DNA from: an uncultured Kiritimatiellota bacterium
Lineage (GTDB): Bacteria > Verrucomicrobiota > Kiritimatiellia > RFP12 > DVOR01
Length of the DNA stretch: 64,000 nt
Assembly: GCA_944389545.1 (NCBI GenBank)
Contig: CALXMT010000002.1
Location: 108,645 to 172,644 of the forward strand
Reading direction: 5' to 3'
In this document: positions 40,239 to 50,500 of the stretch, piece by piece
Position numbering within the stretch: the stretch's first letter is position 1
How the letters are laid out: the number at the start of each line of letters is the position of its first letter
Notes under the pieces: model-generated
Told to the model about the DNA's origin: nothing
Seen by the model: the letters and a program-made list of their open reading frames with translations, nothing else
Database searches by the model: none
Position numbers and translations under genes: made by a program

Positions 40239-41108
40239 TTAGGAGAGGAGCGGGAGGGCGGCGAGCAGACGCTGGAGGCGGAGCGCGTCGCGGGGCATGG
40301 GCTCGGCGATGGTGAGGCCGATGATGTCGAAGTCTTGCTTGAGCGCCTTCATGAGGCGGGTGAGGGCGGCGAGGGAGAGCTTGCCGGAGGTGCCGACCGC
40401 GAGGCGGATTTCGGCGGGGTCAAGGACGTCGAGGTCAAGATGGATGAGCAGTTTGCGCGCACCGGTGGCGCGGAGGGCGTCAAGCGCGGGGGCCGGGCTC
40501 TCGTTGAGGGATTCCGGAGGGAGGTGGCGGAGCCCAAGCGCTTTCTGGCGGGCACGGATTTCGTCACGCTCCCAATCGCAGAGTCCGCCCAGGAGGACTT
40601 TGTCTGCGGGGAGTTTGGCGGGGAGGGTGGCCAGCAATGTGGGGTCGCCGTGACCGAGGCAGGCGGCGAGGGCCATGGCGTGCCAGCCCGGATAGGGGTC
40701 GCCGGGAAGGGTGATGTCGGGGTGGGCGTCGAGCCAAAGGAGGGCGAGGGGCTCGGCGGTGTGGGCGGCAAGCCACGTGAAGGGGGCGACGCTGGCGGAA
40801 CAGTCGCCGCCGAGGGTGACGATACGGGCCGGGGCGCGAGCGTCGAGCATCGCGAGTGCGGCCTGGGTTTGGCGCAGGATGGGGGCGCGATCCAGGACGC
40901 CCTCGGTGACCGTGCGCGGACCGGGGGCAAGATCCACGGGGACGGTGAGGGTTTCCTGGCCGCTGTTCGGGGCGAGAGCATCCAAGAGGCGTGCGCCAAG
41001 GGCGTAGCCACGGGAGACGAGCGTTTTGTCATCGAACTCGTCGAACCAACGGGCAATGTCGCCCCCTTGCCATTGGGGATAGACCAGTCGGATGGTGTCG
41101 GGCTTCAT
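40239..41108 (-). CDS. arginase/agmatinase/formiminoglutamase-family ureohydrolase
   Basis: LGGDCSASV (GGDHS-like), LWLDAHPD and LIHLDLDVLDP manganese-binding motifs. Confidence 0.7.
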   Translation of the reverse strand: MKPDTIRLVYPQWQGGDIARWFDEFDDKTLVSRGYALGARLLDALAPNSGQETLTVPVDLAPGPRTVTEGVLDRAPILRQTQAALAMLDARAPARIVTLGGDCSASVAPFTWLAAHTAEPLALLWLDAHPDITLPGDPYPGWHAMALAACLGHGDPTLLATLPAKLPADKVLLGGLCDWERDEIRARQKALGLRHLPPESLNESPAPALDALRATGARKLLIHLDLDVLDPAEIRLAVGTSGKLSLAALTRLMKALKQDFDIIGLTIAEPMPRDALRLQRLLAALPLLS

Positions 41109-42430
41109 GGGGTGGGTTCCTTGGGTTGCGCTTGGGTGGGGGCGTCAAGGAAAATCCATTGGGTGGGGCAAGCTTCATTGAGGGCGGCGGCGAAGGGCGC
41201 GAGCTCGCCGACGGTGACATCGGGCGCGGCATAGAAAAAGGCGACGTAGACGCGTCCGGCATTGACATCGACCTGCCGCAGGACGGTCGCGATGGTGGCG
41301 GGGGTGACGCCGGGATAGCATTTGCGGGTGAGGGCGGGGTTGGGGCCGGGGACGGTCCAGTCCTCAAGGATTTGGCAGAGCGTGACGGTGGGCGGGGCGC
41401 CGTCTTTGCCGTGGGCGATTTCGATTTCCCAGGGCTGGAAGACGCGCGTGGAGCGGTCGAGCCAGTCGGGGTTGGGCAGGAAGGCGCGGAGGTTGAGCTG
41501 GCCCGGGGCCGGAACGTCAAGGACGAGCCCGCCTTCGGCCTCGAGCGCGACGAGAAGCGCGGCGAAGGGGCGGACCTGGGCAAGGGTGAGCGAGGGGTCG
41601 AGGCGGACGTCAAGGAAGATGTCGCGGGGGTCTTCGCAGAGGGCTCGGAGCTCAGCGAGGAGCGGGTCGGCGTCGGCGATGGCCTTGGCGTCCACGGTGA
41701 CTTGGCGCTTGAGGACGCGGGCTTGGCCATCGGGGAGGCGTTGCCAGTTGAGCGCGACGACGACGGGCGTGCCGGCGGGATAGGAGACCTTGCTGCGGAA
41801 GAGTCCGTAGACATTGCTCTTTGGGGCACCGTAGGGGAGGCCAAGGATGGCGTAGGGCTCGGTGTAGGCGGCGATGATGGAGGCCGGCATGGCGTCGTCG
41901 AAGCCTGTGGTGCCGATGTAAGGGAAGCCGCGCTCGAAGAGGGCTTGGGCGGGGGTGGAGCACTGATCGTCAACGAAGTCCGAGAGGGGACGGAAGTCGG
42001 TGTCTTCGCCGAGACGCTTGATGGTCATGGTGACGCGTTCGCCCTGTGCCATGGCGCGGCCCCTTTGGGGGTCGGCCCGGGAGCCGGTGGGCATGCCGAG
42101 GGCGGAGAAGGCCTTGACGATGGTGGAGGGGGCGTCCCAGGCGATGGCAAGCCCCTCATAGGCGCGGTCGCTGAGGGCACCCAAGAGGAAGAATTCGACC
42201 TCGTAGCCCTCGTCCAGCCCGCACAGTTCGGCAAGCAGATAGACGGCGCCTTTGGAGGGGGAGTAGACGCAGGTGGGTGTGATTTCCTTGCAGTCGGCGG
42301 GGAGACCTTCGCGCCAAGCGGCTTTGGCATCGGCACGGGTGAACGTATAGGCGGCCGGGCCGGATTCGGTCGGCGCGGCGAAGAGGGGCGCGAGGGCCAG
42401 GGCGAAGAGGATGGAGAGGAGGCGTTTCAT
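41105..42430 (-). CDS. secreted hypothetical protein (signal peptide)
   Basis: MKRLLSILFALALAPLFAAP... has no recognisable domain; translationally coupled to the flanking genes. Confidence 0.4.
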   Translation of the reverse strand: MKRLLSILFALALAPLFAAPTESGPAAYTFTRADAKAAWREGLPADCKEITPTCVYSPSKGAVYLLAELCGLDEGYEVEFFLLGALSDRAYEGLAIAWDAPSTIVKAFSALGMPTGSRADPQRGRAMAQGERVTMTIKRLGEDTDFRPLSDFVDDQCSTPAQALFERGFPYIGTTGFDDAMPASIIAAYTEPYAILGLPYGAPKSNVYGLFRSKVSYPAGTPVVVALNWQRLPDGQARVLKRQVTVDAKAIADADPLLAELRALCEDPRDIFLDVRLDPSLTLAQVRPFAALLVALEAEGGLVLDVPAPGQLNLRAFLPNPDWLDRSTRVFQPWEIEIAHGKDGAPPTVTLCQILEDWTVPGPNPALTRKCYPGVTPATIATVLRQVDVNAGRVYVAFFYAAPDVTVGELAPFAAALNEACPTQWIFLDAPTQAQPKEPTP

Positions 42431-42762
42431 GGGGTGGCTCCGGAGGCGCGCCGATAATCGATGACGGTGCGCAGGGCTTGGTCGGCGGGCGTGCCGCCTG
42501 CGATGAGAGCATGCCAGGCGGCGATGTCTTCGCGGCGGAGGGTAACGTGGAAAGTGGTGAGAACCTCGGCTGCGACGGCGGCCGGCGCGGGGTTTTCGGG
42601 AAGACGCGCGACGAGGGCGGCGTAGGGGTCGGATGGCGTGGCGGGTTGCGTGACGGGCTCAGCAATGGTCTCGGGTTGCGAAAGGGCACGGGCGAGGCAC
42701 CACGCGAGCACAAGGAGTGCGGCGAGGATGGGGAGCGGCCAGAGCGCGGCGAGACGTCTCAC
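42427..42762 (-). CDS. small hypothetical exported/membrane-anchored protein
   Basis: 111 aa with an N-terminal hydrophobic segment LAALWPLPILAALLVLAWCLA. Confidence 0.3.
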   Translation of the reverse strand: MRRLAALWPLPILAALLVLAWCLARALSQPETIAEPVTQPATPSDPYAALVARLPENPAPAAVAAEVLTTFHVTLRREDIAAWHALIAGGTPADQALRTVIDYRRASGATP

Positions 42763-43460
42763 TGGTCGGCTTCCTCCAGCATGGCCAGCACAATGCGGGC
42801 GGATTGGTCTGCCGCACGTTCGATGAAGTCATCATAAGTGGCATCGGCGTCGTCATCGGCGCAGTCGCTCATGGTGCGAATCACGAGGCAGGGTTTTCCG
42901 GCGGCGAAGGCGACATGGGCGATGGCGGCGCCTTCCATCTCAACGCAGTCTGGGGCGCAGTCGGCAACGATGCGATCGCGGGTGGTGCGGTCAGCCACAA
43001 AGCGGTCGCCGGTGGCGATGCGTCCTTCGCGATAGGCCCCCTCGAGGATGCCGGGTTTGGCGCAGACGCGCCGGCAGAGCGCGAGGAGGTCGGGGTCGCC
43101 CTCGAAGAAACGGCGCGCGGGGAAATATTTGAGCATCACGGGGTCTTGGTCGTGGAAGCAGAGTTCGCGCGAGGCGACGACGTCGAGGGTACGCAGGCCG
43201 TGGCCGACTGCCCCGGCGATGCCGGCGTTGAGGATGAGGTCGCACCCTCGGGCGCAGAGCAACCACGTGGCGCAGGCCGCGGCGTTGACCTTGCCCACGC
43301 CGCAACAGGCCACCGCGACGGGCCGCCCCATGAGGGTGCCGAAGGCGAATTCCGTGCCCATGGCTTGTTCGATGTGATCGATCTCCATCCGGTCACGCAA
43401 GAGCGCGACCTCGCGGTCAAGCGCGCCAAGAATGGCCCAAGTGCATGCTGTCTCTTCCAT
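42759..43460 (-). CDS. mtnN: 5'-methylthioadenosine/S-adenosylhomocysteine nucleosidase (start at internal MEETAC)
   Basis: CGVGKVNAAACATWLL...MEGAAIAHVAFAAGKPCLVIRTMSD fits the MTAN fold; the listed N-terminal 84 aa are an upstream read-through. Confidence 0.65.
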   Translation of the reverse strand: MEETACTWAILGALDREVALLRDRMEIDHIEQAMGTEFAFGTLMGRPVAVACCGVGKVNAAACATWLLCARGCDLILNAGIAGAVGHGLRTLDVVASRELCFHDQDPVMLKYFPARRFFEGDPDLLALCRRVCAKPGILEGAYREGRIATGDRFVADRTTRDRIVADCAPDCVEMEGAAIAHVAFAAGKPCLVIRTMSDCADDDADATYDDFIERAADQSARIVLAMLEEADQ

Positions 43461-43554
43461 GACGCACAGTATAGCAAAGCAAAAAAAACTTGCCAAAAGG
43501 GGCATGAAGGTGCTATTTGTTATGGATATCCATTGAAAGGACGGTAAAGCGGCA

Positions 43555-46011
43555 ATGGCTGGCAAGAAGGAAAACAGTTCGTTGGTTATTGTGGAGTCGC
43601 CGAGCAAGGCGCACAAGATTGCTTCGTATGTGGGGCCGGATACGAAAGTTATGGCCTCCGTGGGACATGTGCGCGACCTGCCGACGTATCGCTTGGGTGT
43701 GGCGGTGTCCAATGGTTTTGCCCCGCACTATGAGGTGCCGCGCGACAAGCGCGAGGTGGTCGACTCCCTGCGCAAAGCCGCCGCGAAAGTCTCCACCGTC
43801 TATCTGGCAAGCGACCCTGACCGCGAGGGGGAGAGTATCGCCTGGCACCTGCGCGAGGTGCTCAAAGACGTGCCCGGCGACCGCAAGTTCTACCGCGTGC
43901 GCTACAACGAGGTGACCAAAGGCGCGGTGCTTGATGCGTTGGCTCATCCCACGGAAATTGACCAAAACCTGGTGAATGCCCAGCAGGCGCGCCGCATCGA
44001 GGATCGCCTTTCCGGTTTCAAGCTCTCCAAGTTGGTTTCCCAGTCCATCCGCGGGGCGAAGAGCGCCGGGCGTGTGCAGTCTGTGGCGTTGCGTCTGATT
44101 GTCGACCGCGAGCGTGCGGTGCAGGCCTTCCGCCCCACGCCCTACTGGCTTATCGGCGCACGGCTCTCCAAGGGGCCGACGATGTTTGTGGCGCGCCTTG
44201 CTTCGGTCGACGGCAAAGCGCCCAAATTCATGGCCTATGACAAAGAGGTGCAGGGCATCTGGGACGAGGCCACCGCCGATGCCTATATTAAGGACCTCAC
44301 GGGGCGTAACGCCGCGGTCATCGGCATCGACCGCAAGACGCTCACGCGCCGTCCCCAGCCGCCCTTCATCACCTCCACCCTTCAACAGTCTGCCGCCACG
44401 CACCTGGGCTATTCGCCCGATCAGACCATGCGCTTGGCGCAAGCCCTCTACGAAGAGGGGCATATCACCTATATGCGTACCGACGGCTACACTGTCAGCG
44501 CCTCCATCCGCAGTGCCGTCGAGGCCGAGATTGAGAAGCTCTTCGGCCGCGAGTGCGTCCCCGCCAGCCCCAACTTTTACGGCAACAAGGTCAAGAACGC
44601 CCAAGAGGCGCACGAGCCGATTCGCCCCACGGATGTGACCAAGCGGGAGATTTCCGGTCTGGACCCCCAGCAGGCCAAGCTCTATGACCTCATCTGGAAG
44701 CGCTTTGTCGCCAGTCAAATGGCTCCGGCCAAGGTCGAGCGCACCACGCTGACCTTCGAGCCCACAACGCCCCCGCCCACGCAGCATGCCTACCGACTGA
44801 CGGCCTCCGCGCAACAAGTCATCTTCAAGGGCTTCCTCTCTGCGTGGGACGGCAAGGAGAAAGCCCAAGCCCTGCCGCAGGAGGAAGGCGACGCCACGAG
44901 GCTTCCCATCGTCAATGTCGGCGATGTCCTCACCTGTGAGGAGTGGCTCTGCGAAGGCAAGGAAACCCAACCGCCTGCGCGCTACAACGAGGCCTCTCTC
45001 GTCAAGGCGCTCGAAGAGAACGGCATCGGGCGCCCCTCCACCTACGCGTCCACCATTCGCACCCTGCTCTCCCGCGAGTACGTCAAGAGTGGCCGCGGCC
45101 ATGTCCTCACCCCCACAGAGATGGGCATCGCCACCATCGATTACCTCCTCCAACAGACGCCCGACTTCGTCAACGTCGAATTCACCGCGCAGATGGAGGA
45201 TGCGCTCGACAAGGTGGCCGAGGGCGCCCTGGACTGGGAGCGTGAGGTCGCGGATTTCTACGCCAAGCTCACCGAGTGGCTTGCCGCCGATCCGGTCCGC
45301 GTCACGCCCATCATGGAGCAACTCGCCCACGTCACCCAATGGCGGGAGCCCACTGTCGGTAAGTCCGGCAAGGTCACGTGGGATGATCAGGCCTTCTACA
45401 ATGACATGAAGGCCCAGCTTGAGTCCGGTGAGCCGCTCTCCAAGACCCAGCTCGCCATCCTCACGCGTATCGCCGTCTCCTATCGCGACCAACTCCCCGG
45501 CCTGGAGGCCGTCGTCGAGTTGCCGCCCGCTGTTGACCGCGCCGAGGTGGAGCGTCTCTTTGCCGCACTGGCCGATCGCGAGCTCACCCCCTGGGAACAA
45601 CGCTTTTTCGAGTCCGTCAAGATTCAGTTTGAGCGCAAGGGCGACCTTTCTCCCAAGCAGCTTGCCATGCTCAAGCGTATCGCCGATCCGGGTGAGTCTG
45701 CCGCCAACCAGGCCGACCCCGAGGCCGCCCGCGCCCTGCTCGAGGCCATCGCCAACGTCAAGGATTGGAACGAGCCCGTCACCCGTGGGAAGCGCGTCTA
45801 CGATGACCGCGCCTTCGTTCAGAGCCTCACCGAGCAGCTCGACACCCGTAAGTTCCTGACGGAGCGTCAGTTCTCTGCGCTCAAGCGACTGGTCGTCGGT
45901 TATCGTGCTCAGATTCCCGGCTATGTCGAGCTTGCCGCCAAGTATGGTCTCAAGGAACCCGCCAAGCGCGCGGCCAAGGGGACCAAGCGCGCTCCCAAGA
46001 AAAAGGAGTGA
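43555..46011 (+). CDS. topA: DNA topoisomerase I with C-terminal repeat domains
   Basis: MAGKKENSSLVIVESPSKAHKIASYVG (TOPRIM), active-site region GHITYMRTDGYTVS, and three C-terminal ~55-aa repeats (QLAILTRIA..., QLAMLKRIA..., QFSALKRLV...). Confidence 0.9.
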   Translation: MAGKKENSSLVIVESPSKAHKIASYVGPDTKVMASVGHVRDLPTYRLGVAVSNGFAPHYEVPRDKREVVDSLRKAAAKVSTVYLASDPDREGESIAWHLREVLKDVPGDRKFYRVRYNEVTKGAVLDALAHPTEIDQNLVNAQQARRIEDRLSGFKLSKLVSQSIRGAKSAGRVQSVALRLIVDRERAVQAFRPTPYWLIGARLSKGPTMFVARLASVDGKAPKFMAYDKEVQGIWDEATADAYIKDLTGRNAAVIGIDRKTLTRRPQPPFITSTLQQSAATHLGYSPDQTMRLAQALYEEGHITYMRTDGYTVSASIRSAVEAEIEKLFGRECVPASPNFYGNKVKNAQEAHEPIRPTDVTKREISGLDPQQAKLYDLIWKRFVASQMAPAKVERTTLTFEPTTPPPTQHAYRLTASAQQVIFKGFLSAWDGKEKAQALPQEEGDATRLPIVNVGDVLTCEEWLCEGKETQPPARYNEASLVKALEENGIGRPSTYASTIRTLLSREYVKSGRGHVLTPTEMGIATIDYLLQQTPDFVNVEFTAQMEDALDKVAEGALDWEREVADFYAKLTEWLAADPVRVTPIMEQLAHVTQWREPTVGKSGKVTWDDQAFYNDMKAQLESGEPLSKTQLAILTRIAVSYRDQLPGLEAVVELPPAVDRAEVERLFAALADRELTPWEQRFFESVKIQFERKGDLSPKQLAMLKRIADPGESAANQADPEAARALLEAIANVKDWNEPVTRGKRVYDDRAFVQSLTEQLDTRKFLTERQFSALKRLVVGYRAQIPGYVELAAKYGLKEPAKRAAKGTKRAPKKKE

Positions 46012-46014
46012 CCC

Positions 46015-46416
46015 ATGCTCCCTTATCATTACCTCCATCGCATTCGTGTCCGCTACGGCGAGACCGACCAGATGGGCGTCTGTTGGCACGGTAATTACCT
46101 CCTCTACCTTGAGGAGGCCCGCGGAGAGGCCATCCGTGCCGCTTGTGGCTCCTACGCCGACATCGAGGCCGAGGGCATCATCACACCCGTTGTCTCCGTC
46201 AACCTCCGTTATCACCACCCCGCCCACTACGACGAGGTGCTCGACATTCACGTCTACGTCGACGAGCCACCCCGCGCCACCGTCCGCTTCCGCTACGAAA
46301 TCTTCAACCCCGCCGGCGACCATGTCCTCGACGGCACCGTCGACCTCGCCTTTGTGAACAAGGCCTCCGGCCGGCCCTGCCGTCCGCCCCTTGCCATGCG
46401 CAACGCCTTCCAGTGA
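46015..46416 (+). CDS. 4HBT/YbgC-type acyl-CoA thioesterase
   Basis: 133 aa; YHYLHRIRVRYGETDQMGVCWHGNYLLYLEEAR is the hot-dog fold signature. Confidence 0.75.
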   Translation: MLPYHYLHRIRVRYGETDQMGVCWHGNYLLYLEEARGEAIRAACGSYADIEAEGIITPVVSVNLRYHHPAHYDEVLDIHVYVDEPPRATVRFRYEIFNPAGDHVLDGTVDLAFVNKASGRPCRPPLAMRNAFQ

Positions 46417-46423
46417 GGCACCC

Positions 46424-47158
46424 ATGAACGATCTTATCCCGCTCCACGAAACCATTCTCGCACGCATCGCCGCCGCCGCCCAACGCGCCCACCGCGACCC
46501 CGCCGAGGTCACTTTGGTCGCCGTCACGAAGACCCATGGTCCCGAGGTCGTCCGCGACGCCATTGACGCCGGCATGACCCTCTTCGGCGAGAATAAGGTT
46601 CAAGAAGCCGCTTGGAAGATCCCGCTCTGTCCCTCTTCCGCCCATTGGCATCTCATCGGCCACCTCCAGAGCAATAAGGCCCGCCACGCCGTCCGTCTCT
46701 TCGAGGCCATCCATTCGGTTGACTCCGCCAAACTCTTTGACGTCCTCGAGTCCGCCGCCCGTCAGGCCGGCACGCGCCCCGAGATCTTCCTGGAGGTCAA
46801 CGTCTCCGGCGAACCCTCCAAATACGGAGTCACCCCGGAGGCCCTCCCCGCGCTCATCGATCACATCCTCAATGGCGCTCAGGCCCTCACGCTCACCGGC
46901 CTCATGACCATGGCGCCCTTTGACCCCGAGCCCGAACACGCGCGTCCCCACTTCGCCCGTCTTCGCGAGCTCCGCGACCGGATGGAGGCGCAGTTCGCCA
47001 TCTCGCTCCCGAACCTTTCCATGGGCATGACCAACGACTTCGAGGTCGCGGTCGAGGAGGGCGCCTCCCATGTCCGCATCGGCACCGCGCTCTTTGGCGC
47101 CCGCCCCAAAATCTCTCGCCCCGCGCTCGACGCCGACACCACCTCCGGCATCCTCTGA
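46424..47158 (+). CDS. yggS: YggS-family PLP-binding protein
   Basis: [33 protein letters not shown]...[12 protein letters not shown] is the YggS signature. Confidence 0.8.
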   Translation: MNDLIPLHETILARIAAAAQRAHRDPAEVTLVAVTKTHGPEVVRDAIDAGMTLFGENKVQEAAWKIPLCPSSAHWHLIGHLQSNKARHAVRLFEAIHSVDSAKLFDVLESAARQAGTRPEIFLEVNVSGEPSKYGVTPEALPALIDHILNGAQALTLTGLMTMAPFDPEPEHARPHFARLRELRDRMEAQFAISLPNLSMGMTNDFEVAVEEGASHVRIGTALFGARPKISRPALDADTTSGIL

Positions 47159-47184
47159 CATAGGAGTATATGACCCCTTTGTGG

Positions 47185-47213
47185 CACGCCTCGTGGCGTG
47201 CCTTTTTTATGTT
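47185..47213 (+). terminator. yggS terminator (GGCACGCCTCGTGGCGTGCC + T-run)
   Basis: Perfect hairpin followed by TTTTTTAT. Confidence 0.7.
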
Positions 47214-47261
47214 TACTTACGCGACGCCTCTGCCCTGGAAAAGGGGTGTTGGAGAAACCCT

Positions 47262-47400
47262 TAAGGGTCCGAGGTGAGACCCTATAGTGGTCGGGGTCGA
47301 GACCCTATAGTGGTCGGGGTCGAGACCCTATAGTGGTCCATGGTCGACCCCTATAGTGGTCCAGAACGAACCCTTAAGGGGTCCGCAACAGACCCCTTGC
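47262..47400. repeat. iteron cluster B: six tandem ~22-bp units (core GACCCTATAGTGGTC, flanking AACCCTTAAGGGGTCC), preceded by AGGGGTGTTGG
   Basis: Cognate of the cluster at 16632-16768; followed 12 bp later by a solo MITE TIR at 47412-47455. Confidence 0.8.
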
Positions 47401-47499
47401 TCTCGTACAAACCAATAGTGTCCGGGGAAAAAGAGATGGACCGCAAAGACGCAACTCTTGCAGGAAGATGAGGCGTCATTGAATCTTCTAAGTTTCTTG

Positions 47500-47640
47500 T
47501 GCGCCTGGGGTTGTTTCCAAAGAAATGATGGAAACACAAGGGAAGGGCACGGTAGAGAGGCCGTAAGGCCGAACGGTGAAGTGCCCAGGCCCTTGTGTTC
47601 CTTTCGTGTTTTCGTGGAAACATCCTCGGACAGTGTTGGC
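47500..47640 (+). ncRNA. candidate structured RNA / cis-regulatory leader upstream of PNPOx/Nim gene
   Basis: Nested helices are visible: GTTTCCA..TGGAAAC, ACAAGGG....CCCTTGT enclosing GGGCAC..GTGCCC and a GGCC-GUAA-GGCC tetraloop hairpin, then GTTCC..GGAAC. Lies in the untranslated gap before 47702. Confidence 0.3.
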
Positions 47641-47701
47641 CTAGCAGTGTGATAAAATAGGGCCAAAGCTCTAGACGGGACTTTTGAGTGAGGACGCGAC
47701 C

Positions 47702-48184
47702 ATGAGAAGAAAAGAACGTGAAGTGACAGATCTCAACGAGATTAAGGATATTCTGACACGGGCCGAGGTTCTCCGGGTCGCCTTGAACAACGGCGACTAT
47801 CCCTATCTCTTCCCGGTGAACTACGGATTTGTCATGGATGGCGCACAGTTGGTGCTCTTCTTTCATGGGGCGAAGGAGGGTGCCAAACACGCCATTATCG
47901 CGCGGGACAACAAGGTCACCTTTGAGGTCGATTGCGGCCATGCGCTGATGCAACCGCTCGGCGAGGAATCCTGCACTAGCAGTTTCGCCTATGAAAGCGT
48001 CATCGGAACCGGCACGATTGAAAAGGCCGCGGACTCAGAAAAAGAAGCCTTACTGCCCCTGTTGCTGGAACATTATGGAATCACGGCAAAGCATTTCAAT
48101 CCCGTACATCTGGCCAATACGGTCGTCTACAAAATCACGGCAACGACCTACACGGCCAAGCGCAGAGTCAACGACCGACTCTGA
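47702..48184 (+). CDS. pyridoxamine 5'-phosphate oxidase-family FMN-binding protein (Nim-like); start at MRRKEREV
   Basis: ILTRAEVLRVALNNGDYPYLFPVNYGF and the split-barrel PNPOx pattern. Confidence 0.7.
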   Translation: MRRKEREVTDLNEIKDILTRAEVLRVALNNGDYPYLFPVNYGFVMDGAQLVLFFHGAKEGAKHAIIARDNKVTFEVDCGHALMQPLGEESCTSSFAYESVIGTGTIEKAADSEKEALLPLLLEHYGITAKHFNPVHLANTVVYKITATTYTAKRRVNDRL

Positions 48185-48512
48185 TAGATGCCGATAAAGT
48201 GTAAACCCGCAAAGCGACCGGTGTTACTCCATCCGGCGTCGCGTGTACTGGTGTCTTCGCGGAAAGACTTCCTCGAATGCTCTTGTGCTTGACGGGGTGG
48301 TGCGGGATGATATAAACTAACCACATCAGTACGAAGGGACTCGTAAATGGCGTTCACTGCAATGTGTTTGAAGCTTGGCGTTGTGGCGATGCTCACGGCG
48401 CAGGGCAACGCCGTGCGGAGGGCGTTTGTGTGGGATTTCACGAAGCCGGTTGCCACACTGCCCTTTTCGTTGAGATAGGTGCAGTGGGTGAAGTCAACGT
48501 CACGACTGTTGA

Positions 48513-49661
48513 TTGGTGTCACTGATGAAGAAGTCGCAATCACGGAGGACGCATCGAGGTAAAGTGGCCTCGTTGTTGCTTCGTGTCGTGCTTGTCATCT
48601 TTGCTTTGTGTGCAACGATAACGCTCTATCTTGTACATGACGAGACGATGCGTGAACGCCGCAATGCACCCCAGCGGGAAGTCGAGGTGCACGAATTGTT
48701 GCAGGTTCGTGAGGGAGGTGTTTTTCCACCACGGGTACAGGACCAACCTTGTCTGCGGACAAGTGATGGTGAGATTGTGCATTGGGAGGCTTCATTGGGA
48801 GAGTTGGCGGAGTTTTGCCGCCAGGGATTGCCCTTTAGGATGAACGTGTATGAGATGTATGGAGGGCTGTATTATTATTCTTCTTATGCAGCCAGAGGGT
48901 GGTTGATTTTCTCGATGTCCTTGTTTCTTTTCTCTTTACACATTCTGTTTTGGCCTGTCAAACGGTCGAAAGTGGAACCCGTCGCTTGTATATCCAAGCG
49001 GGGAGCTTCCATTGGCATGGCCGTTACGGACAAGATAACGTTTGACCTGTCTCAACACGAGCGTCGTCGCCGTATTGTGTTCCAAGTAGTGATTCAGGGT
49101 GCCTTTGCCGTCCTCTTCGTCGGGTGGATGACGTATGCATGGGGATGGTCTTGGTTATTGTTGGCGGTAGCGCTTCCGGTTTTACTGAGCACGGCGCTTG
49201 TTTGTTGGCCAGACGCTCTCGTCCGTTTCATAGGTGGGGCGTTACTCCTATGCGTTCCCTTTTTGGCAGAGGCTTTCGGACACGGTTTGTATTGGCGGGA
49301 AACGACGCGTATTGAAGCAATTCCGCGATATGTGCGCTACGACATGAGCCATTCTGCCGACAAAAAGCATGGGGCGCCTGAGGAGGTTTACGAAGTGCTC
49401 TTCAGCTATGATTGGGCGGGAAGAGAACGTTATGGGTTTATACGCCTTCGCTCAAATCAAGCCGCAGAATGTGCTTTGATCCGTCAGTTGAGAGGGGGTC
49501 ACCTTCAATTGTTGCGTGATCAGTCGCCTGAGGGTCGCTTTTTTGCCTTTGACGCGGCTTGGGCCATCAGCCAACTTGTCAGTGGGGCGGGCGCGCTCTT
49601 TTGCTTCTTGTGCGGAGGTGCCATGCTCTTGCTGGGGCAGAAGAAGCGGAGGACCGAATGA
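48513..49661 (+). CDS. hypothetical polytopic membrane protein (low-GC island)
   Basis: 382 aa with at least 5 TM segments and no recognisable motif. Local GC is ~42-50% versus ~67% background. Confidence 0.45.
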   Translation: MVSLMKKSQSRRTHRGKVASLLLRVVLVIFALCATITLYLVHDETMRERRNAPQREVEVHELLQVREGGVFPPRVQDQPCLRTSDGEIVHWEASLGELAEFCRQGLPFRMNVYEMYGGLYYYSSYAARGWLIFSMSLFLFSLHILFWPVKRSKVEPVACISKRGASIGMAVTDKITFDLSQHERRRRIVFQVVIQGAFAVLFVGWMTYAWGWSWLLLAVALPVLLSTALVCWPDALVRFIGGALLLCVPFLAEAFGHGLYWRETTRIEAIPRYVRYDMSHSADKKHGAPEEVYEVLFSYDWAGRERYGFIRLRSNQAAECALIRQLRGGHLQLLRDQSPEGRFFAFDAAWAISQLVSGAGALFCFLCGGAMLLLGQKKRRTE

Positions 49662-49893
49662 GACGGAACGCGCGGAACCAGAACATTGCCATCGCCCCCT
49701 TCGGCGCTGTCATCCGTATCCTTCAGGCATTTGAGAGGGTACACCAATGATGTACGTAAAAGAACTTGCCCCAAAAGAGTGGACGCTTCGATTCTGGTTG
49801 CATGGGCCACTGGCAACCCTTCGGGAGTGGAGGCATGAACGGGTCGAGTAGCATGGAAGACCGCAAAGATGGGTTTATGAGTGGAAGGACTAC

Positions 49894-50376
49894 TTGTTCA
49901 ACCTTATCGCAGGACTTCCTATTTTCCTGCTAGGATGTGGTCTATTCTATTATCATGCCTGTGTGGAAGAGAGTATCGCGGTTGGCGTTGTGGTGGCTGC
50001 TATCCCTTTTTGCGGAGGGGCGTGGATGGTTCTGGCTCCTCTTCGCTCTTGGCTTGGGCATTTCGCCCTTCATTATTATCTGACGCCATCAACAATCCTT
50101 GTCGTTTTCAGGTTTCTCTTCTTCAGCGTTTCCCTGTCCGCCCCAAAGCAAAGGATTGGCTTTGTTCTGATTGATCGGTATGAGGAGGTGGCCGTCATCA
50201 AGTTCGCGAATCTTTCGTTTACCCCCGTTGATAGACTTGATGATATCACCGTAGAACTGAAGTTTTATGGGTTGACCTTGTCTGATTGCCTGGCGTTGCG
50301 GTCTTATTTCAGCGGTAAGGCGTTTTATGTCTCCGGTGAGCATCCGGATGAGTATAAGGCGTACCGCGGCGGTTGA
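49894..50376 (+). CDS. hypothetical membrane-anchored protein (low-GC island)
   Basis: 160 aa with two N-terminal TM helices then a small soluble domain. Confidence 0.4.
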   Translation: MFNLIAGLPIFLLGCGLFYYHACVEESIAVGVVVAAIPFCGGAWMVLAPLRSWLGHFALHYYLTPSTILVVFRFLFFSVSLSAPKQRIGFVLIDRYEEVAVIKFANLSFTPVDRLDDITVELKFYGLTLSDCLALRSYFSGKAFYVSGEHPDEYKAYRGG

Positions 50377-50500
50377 CAAGTGTTGGTGAGCGGTGTATCC
50401 TATGAAACATGAGGATGATGTCTATGGGAACCGCATCAAGACGGCGACCTTCTTGGATAAGGAAGGGAATGGGACATCGTGGTTGAATAAGTGAGGCGGA

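Noticed and set aside
43513-46575. 1020-aa minus-strand ORF
   Set aside because: Antisense to topA and the thioesterase; no motifs.
48148-48543. 131-aa minus-strand ORF overlapping the 3' end of the Nim-like gene
   Set aside because: No start context or motif, overlaps a supported gene; could be real but evidence is insufficient.
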